Shown: in pieces, positions 57,874 to 64,000 of the stretch
Layout of the letters: each line of letters begins with the position of its first letter
Numbering within the stretch: position 1 is the stretch's first letter
Assembly (NCBI GenBank): GCA_000708835.1
Contig: DF237129.1
Coordinates: forward strand, 62,001-126,000
Reading direction: 5' to 3'
DNA length: 64,000 nucleotides
DNA from: Klebsormidium nitens
Lineage: Eukaryota > Plantae > Klebsormidiophyceae
Translations under genes and position numbers: made by a program
The notes under the pieces: generated by a model
Databases searched by the model: none
What the model was told of the DNA's origin: nothing
Seen by the model: the letters and a program-made list of their open reading frames with translations, nothing else

Positions 57874-60800
57874 ATGGCTTCCCTCCTGACCTCTGGCTCC
57901 GCGCAGCTGTTCCGGCGCTTCAGGACTCTGCCGATTTGCCCTGCTTTTGGGAGGCTGCTGAGAGGGTCAGGGGTTGGATTTAGCCGTGGGCCCTTGATAG
58001 ATGCAAGCTGCCAAGCTTCAACAGGCATTCTTTCTGACAACATGTCACCAGATGTCAAAAAGATGAAGGTGATTCCAGCGATGAACGCTACCTCCGGCCC
58101 TCCATTGATTGCTTTTAGATGAACACCCTCAAAGATCTCGTTATGGGACCCTTGCATAGATTGCAGTCTCCAGTTGTCAAACTCCACCCGTCAAAGTATT
58201 CATATCTCTGGTGCTGTGCGAGGCGACAGCAGGATGGTGGGAAAATCGAAGTTCTTGGTCGAAATTTGGATAACCAAACCATGTCTTGTAATACAAGCGA
58301 TTTGTTTCCTAACTTTTGGCCCCAAAACTCGACTTCTTCATTCTGACAGGAGTTACATGATGAAGAACACCTGGATAAAGCTGGAATTTGCTCCAAACCG
58401 CTGGCATATGCATATGCATGTCCTCCCGTGGATTGTCACGTGCATCACCGTTCAAAGCATTTTATTCATCCTGTCATCATGCAGGTTCTGTTCTGCTCCC
58501 ACCACTTCACGGATGGCTTCCGCTTCACTCAGGACTTTCTAGCTGATGAGTCAGCAATAGAGGTAAGGCGCTCACTACTTGTTGGTGGGGGAAGGCTTCT
58601 TCGTGCTGAGCTCAACTGGCACTCATTTTGCGGTCTCTAAGGGAGGGACTTCGCATCTGAGTTGAGTCAAATTCTGTAAGAAAAGGAACGGATATTCATG
58701 TTTTGATTGATGAAAAGAAGTGGGGGACAAGGTTGACTTCTTGACCAGGCAAAGGCCTGCTCATTCTTCCTGGCTGCAGCGTTAAGGCAGGAAGACGCAA
58801 GAGTAGCCGTGCCTTTGATACCGCGAACTTGCATTCACACAATGCTTGCTTTCCTTCAGCAGCGTCAATTCGTAGTATCTACCTCTTTCTTCAAGTAAAG
58901 GAGTCAAGCCCGCTCTGGCCCCTTCTTTTCCACACCCCGGATGCCCTCAAAAACTTGTTCAAACAGAATTGCAATTTAGTACGAGGGCTATAAAGGGCCA
59001 TATAAATCAAAGTTGTGGTGGTACCACCTCACCGTACAAGCTCGTACCTTGCCCCAAGCATTCATTGATATCTACAGAGTTGTCTTGATCAAATATTTAA
59101 TTGAATGGGGACTTGTGCTTCCAGGTGGTGCGGTGCGAGAGCGACAAGCTGGACGACAACGTCGATGATGCGAGCGTCCTCGTCCCGCAAATGACTCGAA
59201 TTGGGCGCGAGACAATCGCAAAGGCAAAGAAGCTCCGCATGATCCTCCAATTTGGAGTGGGCCTGGAAGGTAAGTTTTGCTTTGCCCGTGGCCAGACTGC
59301 ACCTTGACGACTGTGGACGGTTTGGTGCATTCTTTTTCATCCTGGTCAGCCTTCGAAACAGCTAGTCCAGGTAGGTTTGGACATTTTGGCTTCTGTTTGA
59401 GCTGTCAAAAGTGTCAAACTCTTGCCTGCCAAACGAACAGGAGAAGAGCGAATGTATTCGGCAGGAGCCAGCGAACTGGAGACTTTCGCAATTCCATCAA
59501 ATCTGCAGAGTCCCATTGGCTGTAACGTTACACTTAACCTGATTCAGTAGACCAGTTCCAAATCCTAGACCTCCGAAGGCAGATTATTTTCTGGCGTTGC
59601 AACAGGCGTCGACACCGAAGCCGCCACTGAAGCTGGGGTTATTGTTGCGCGGATACCTGGGGCTGCGTCAGGGAATGCGCCCTCGTGTGCAGAGATGGCC
59701 ATATACCTCATCCTGGCACTGCTCCGTAATCAGGTAGACACTTGTCTGGGGGTTGCTGTGAAATTCAAATCTGTTCTACACGACGTCCTGTAAGAGGCGC
59801 ATGCATGCTGTGGGGGACAATGGAAGGACCGTACCAAGTCGACTTGAGGGAATTTTGTCAACTTCTAGAAGAACTTCCCCCGAGCTCGAGGTTCGGCGAT
59901 TACTCCCTGGTCTCGGGCCAGGTGCTGTCGTGTTTTTGATAGTCTGAATGTCCGGTACCTTGGACTCTGCAAACTGCCGATAAGTCCCTTCGTCTCTCAG
60001 CTTTGCGTCAAGCAAGAGTCGTTCTTTCTCGGCAGATACGAAACCCACCCTGGTCGTCATCCCGTAAAAGCTGATTTTAAGGCGCAATGGGGGAGATTAC
60101 TGCCAACCTTGCGCGAACGCTCCTCGCGTCTATCTGCAGAAAGGCATGGAAGAAGCTGTGGCCGCCTCGCGCCTCGGCACGCCCACTGGCAGAACGTTGC
60201 AAGGGTTGACGGTAAGGCGTAGGTTTTCTTCCGCCTATCTCTGACCAAAGACATAATCACCGGAGGCCTTTTCAGCCTTCCGTTTGGAAGACGGATCATC
60301 TGCTTTTCGTCACCACGCTCATGACAAAAATGTCCACCTAAGCGAAGTTGGATCTCCGTCCGATTTAGAAAGAAAGTGTTCGCTGTTGTTACTGGTGGGG
60401 CCTCCCTTTGCTGAGACGAATCTGTCACGGGCCCAAACCAGCCAACCCTTACAAAAGCGTGAGTGCGTCCCAAGCTGACTCGTCTCCCAACCATTTTTCG
60501 GAGTGTCCAACTTTGACCTTATCTATTGGATCTTTAAGAGCTCGCTTGAGCCTTTCCCAACCTGGCACTGTTTTAGAGCGGGTTTCTGCTGGACGGAGAA
60601 ATGGCAATTCAATAGCATCTAGTGGCGATTTACGTGACTAACTTCATTTAAATTTACAACGACATGTGAACCAACTTTGCCGCTTTTGCTCCGTCACTGC
60701 TTGCTGGTCACTTCTGTCCATTCCTTGCTCTCAGGTTCTCATCGTGGGCTTTGGGGCGATCGGTAAAGAACTTGCCGTGCGACTGAAGCCGTTCGGTGTG

Positions 60801-63676
60801 CGTCTCCTAGCGCTGCGGGTCAGCGGCGGGCGGCCGCCACGAAGCGACTCACGTAAGGCCGAATCACATTCTTATCTGGCATGCCGGTCGCATTCCTCTG
60901 CTCCGTATACAGCTGGGCTTTTGGTTCTTTTTCCTGTACAAAGCGGCCGTGCCAAGGGGCGACCGGCAGAGTGAGCCGTCCCTGGGCTAGTCGCCAGCAA
61001 AGTCACCCAAGATGCTCCCCCCAGAAAGCGAGAGTGATGACGCTTTGACGTGATTTCAGTGTGCTTAAGGAAGTCGAGACGACGACTATGCGAGGAAGTC
61101 TACTGTATGAGAGAAGTTGCTCTACTTGTTGGTAGCCAAACAGCGGCTGTGCTTTTCAAAAAGAGGGGTTCGCTTTCCGATATCGAAGTCCGGTCTGCCA
61201 CGATGAAGAACTTCTTGTATTTGCAACCCCACGGGCATCCATGCACGAACACTAGTTGCCGCAATGCTCTGGTCATGAATATTTGATGATTAGGCTCTAC
61301 CACCACCCTTTCCGCAGGTCTTCAAACTCCTCTGCACGTGTCGACTGTCAAATTCCTTTCCTTTGGCACGCTCTTTCGGGAAGCGCAGTCACTCACCGAA
61401 GAAAAGTGTACCAGAGATGAAGCTGGATTTTCATCGTTTTTCCCGGTTCGTCGTCCCAGTTTCTCCTTGGTGACCACTAGCCATCCTTCTCCCGGGCGAC
61501 GCAGGGACAACGTGCTGTGATGTCAGGATGTTCGGTATGCCCCCGAAAGTTCGGAGTAGAGTGTATCGTCAGGTCCCGTAAAGTTTGCACCTAAGGCATC
61601 GCAAACTGGTGCTACAACAATTTGACCCTGCATTTAACGGGCCCGAGCCTGACGCTCCTTTGCAGTACGTGCAATGTCAACCGAGCCCCCGTCGTCCCTT
61701 CTGAGGGAGGCGCCAAGCACAGAAAGCACAACGACCGAACGGCCGACATCAGACGGAACTGACGGAACGAACGGAACAGAATCGACGGAAAGTAAGAACG
61801 TAAGGGAATCCACGGGGACGGGACGTCCGGAAGGAACGGAAGGACCGGACGGAAGGGAAAGAACGGAACGGACGGACGCGTTTGAGGGGCTGCTCGACGA
61901 GCAAGGGGCCCTCGACAAGAGGGACGAGCTGCTGGCGCGGGCTGACGTCATCGTGCTGGCGTGCCTGCTGACGAAAGAGACGGTAAGACCGGACGCCACG
62001 TGGCAGATTCAATGTGATCCGAGACGTCGGAACGCTACGTCGTCCTGCCCTGCATGCCTGCTGATGAAGGTGCTGGTAGACAATCCGACGTTCTGGTTTC
62101 TACTTCGATGTGGCTTCTGCTTCAGTGGAGCGGACGCTGAATCTTGTGCTCGGCTGGCATAAGGCGAGAGTCGTGCTGGAAGCAATTCATTGCCCATCAG
62201 AAGACCGTCGTTCACGTTACTTCAAAAGGCTCCGGCCAGCTTGATCGCCTTGGAGTTACTCGAAATCTTATTGGGGAGCCCTCGAGTCGCGCAATTTATC
62301 ACCACTGGAAACTGGGGACGCTTCCACCACTCAGACTCCTCCCAGACCTGTCTGGTTTGCCGCTCTGTCCCTTTTACTAATCTCGTGTTGTCATGTGCAG
62401 CGAGGGTTGGTCAACGAAGACTTTTTGCGGAAGATGAAGCAGGTGAGCTCCCACTGTCGCCCTCTTATTCTGTAAATTGTAGGCGCCGCATGACGCAATT
62501 TTCTCGACACCGGCCTACTGTAGAGCGCCTTCTTTGGTTAGGACGTAGGTTTCCCTGTTGCTTGCTGCGCCCAGCCCTTCGTGGTCTGTAAATGACTGTT
62601 CGCCCTGCATTGCTTACTCATTGCCGCTCAGAAACTTTTGCCTGTCATTCTTCTCTTCGTGGACCAAAGCCCGCCCAATGAGCAGAGTCAGTCCTGTGCC
62701 GAACCTATGTAAGCACTCCAGGCAATTTCAAATGGCACGGGAGGCAGAATGGCTTGTCCCTTTCGAACCCGCCGCCTGTTGAGAGACTTCCAGGCAGCTC
62801 CTCAACCGACATGGTCGCTCTGTTTGTGTGCAAGAAACTTGCATCTGATCGAACCGAGAAACGTCATTCTCTTTTTGCCTGAATATTGCAAAACAATTGT
62901 CGGTCGACAAAAAGCATAAGCGTGCTTCCTTTCCCAGGACGCCATCCTAGTTAACATCGCCCGGGGACACCTTCTAGACTACGATGCGGTGCGGGCCGCT
63001 CTAGAAAACAATCGGTTGGCCGGATTGGGAATGGACGTGGCGTGGTCAGAGCCGTTCGATCCATCCGATCCCGTCGCACGTCATCGGAACGTCATCCTGA
63101 CGCCCCACGTGGCGGGCGTCTCGGACAAGTCGTACCGCACCATGGCAGAGGTGAGGCTTCAAAATTTGTAATTCTAATTCAGGATGATGTGAGCTCCTAT
63201 CTTAACAGTAAAAACGTAACCAAAATGACCTGTTTCGCATCTATGTACCTACGATTAACCCTCGAAGTAACCTACTACGTCCCAGGCTGCTTGGTTGCTA
63301 CAGATGAACCTTTTAATCTTCGGAGGCCCGAAGAGTCTTTGCATCTCTGGGCTTTCAACAGGGCTTTCGTGAACTAGCATACCAAGCCTGGTATTCTGCG
63401 TCCGTAGTTCTTCTGTTTGATTGCTGCTGTTTTCAGATCCTTGTTCAGAGCATCGGTTTGTGCCGAAAATATCCGGTAAATTATCAGCGTTGGCCTCCTG
63501 GCCGTCGTCCTACATCTGCTACTGTGGGGCTGAGTTGTTATGCAGCTTATGCGTCCGGCCATTCTGCCTTTAAATTCATCCAAATAGAGGAATGCAGTGG
63601 AGCCTTGAAGGCAGCAGTCGGACACGTTTTGGCAGGACAGAGTGACGACCTATCAAACTATCTGCCTCAATTGTAA
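57874..63676 (+). CDS. D-isomer-specific 2-hydroxyacid dehydrogenase (similar to the plant At1g72190 type); exons 57874-58068, 58485-58562, 59125-59269, 59606-59733, 60140-60211, 60735-60852, 61666-61982, 62401-62442, 62938-63150, 63437-~63676
   Basis: VLFCSHHF/..LRMILQFGVGLE-G/VDTEAATEAGVIVARIPGAASGNAPSCAEMAIYL/..GTPTGRTLQG/VLIVGFGAIGKELAVRLKPFGV/ADVIVLACLLTKET/RGLVNEDFLRKMKQ/DAILVNIARG..GLGMDVAWSEPFDP..NVILTPHVAG. GxGxxG, R, E and H catalytic motifs present. Last exon structure approximate. Confidence 0.92.
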
Positions 63677-64000
63677 AGAACCCAAGCAAGCAACAAAAGT
63701 GACGCGCTGTGTTGCTCCACATATGGAGCGGTCGGGGCTTCTGGTTTTCCCCGTCGGACGTTGAAACGGCTTCTGAGATTCCGCTGATGTGGCTCGCTCG
63801 ACGCGTTGTGCAGATCATTGCGCATTCCGTCCGAGAACTCCGTGACGGGCAGCCTTTCACAAAGATTGAGGTCATCAATCAGGTTAGCAAAGGCCGGTAG
63901 CTAACACTCAAGCTTGCGTTCTTGTCAGACGAGGCCACCGCTATTTCGGCCGATGGCCAAAGTCGTGCCAGCTTTTTAAAGCTGCCGCTGAGCTCACTAT

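Noticed and set aside
1-64000. Hammerhead ribozyme cores (CTGATGA..GAAA), snRNA and rRNA genes
   Set aside because: The CTGATGA hits I inspected on both strands lacked a stem II followed by GAAA, and I recognised no snRNA or rRNA sequence. This was a manual scan only; Infernal/Rfam would be decisive.

Overview
Eukaryotic nuclear DNA with compact, intron-rich genes, GT/GC-AG introns and land-plant-like proteins. This suggests a streptophyte green alga, possibly Klebsormidium-like (inference; no database check possible). Most short six-frame ORFs are exon fragments or antisense shadows. Splicing by hand gives ten protein-coding genes: core alpha-1,3-fucosyltransferase (3' part, +), NAD(P)-binding atypical SDR (-), prolyl 4-hydroxylase (-), AVT6/SLC38-type amino acid transporter (+), secreted Root-cap (PF06830)-like protein (-), large mTERF-repeat protein (-), intronless F-box-like protein (+), aldo-keto reductase (-), GAR transformylase PUR3 (+) and bestrophin/UPF0187-like channel (-). 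An eleventh gene encodes a D-2-hydroxyacid dehydrogenase (+). There is also an intron-containing tRNA-Val(CAC). The most unusual signal is 'exon-edge echo' arrays: tandem, decaying copies of an exon end plus its splice site inside the adjacent intron. There are three such arrays in the mTERF gene and one in the bestrophin gene. Other notable items are a short CA-rich element shared by introns of three genes, three G/C hairpins around the tRNA, and a non-genic block at 26.9-29.6 kb with palindromic 72-bp and 24-bp repeats.
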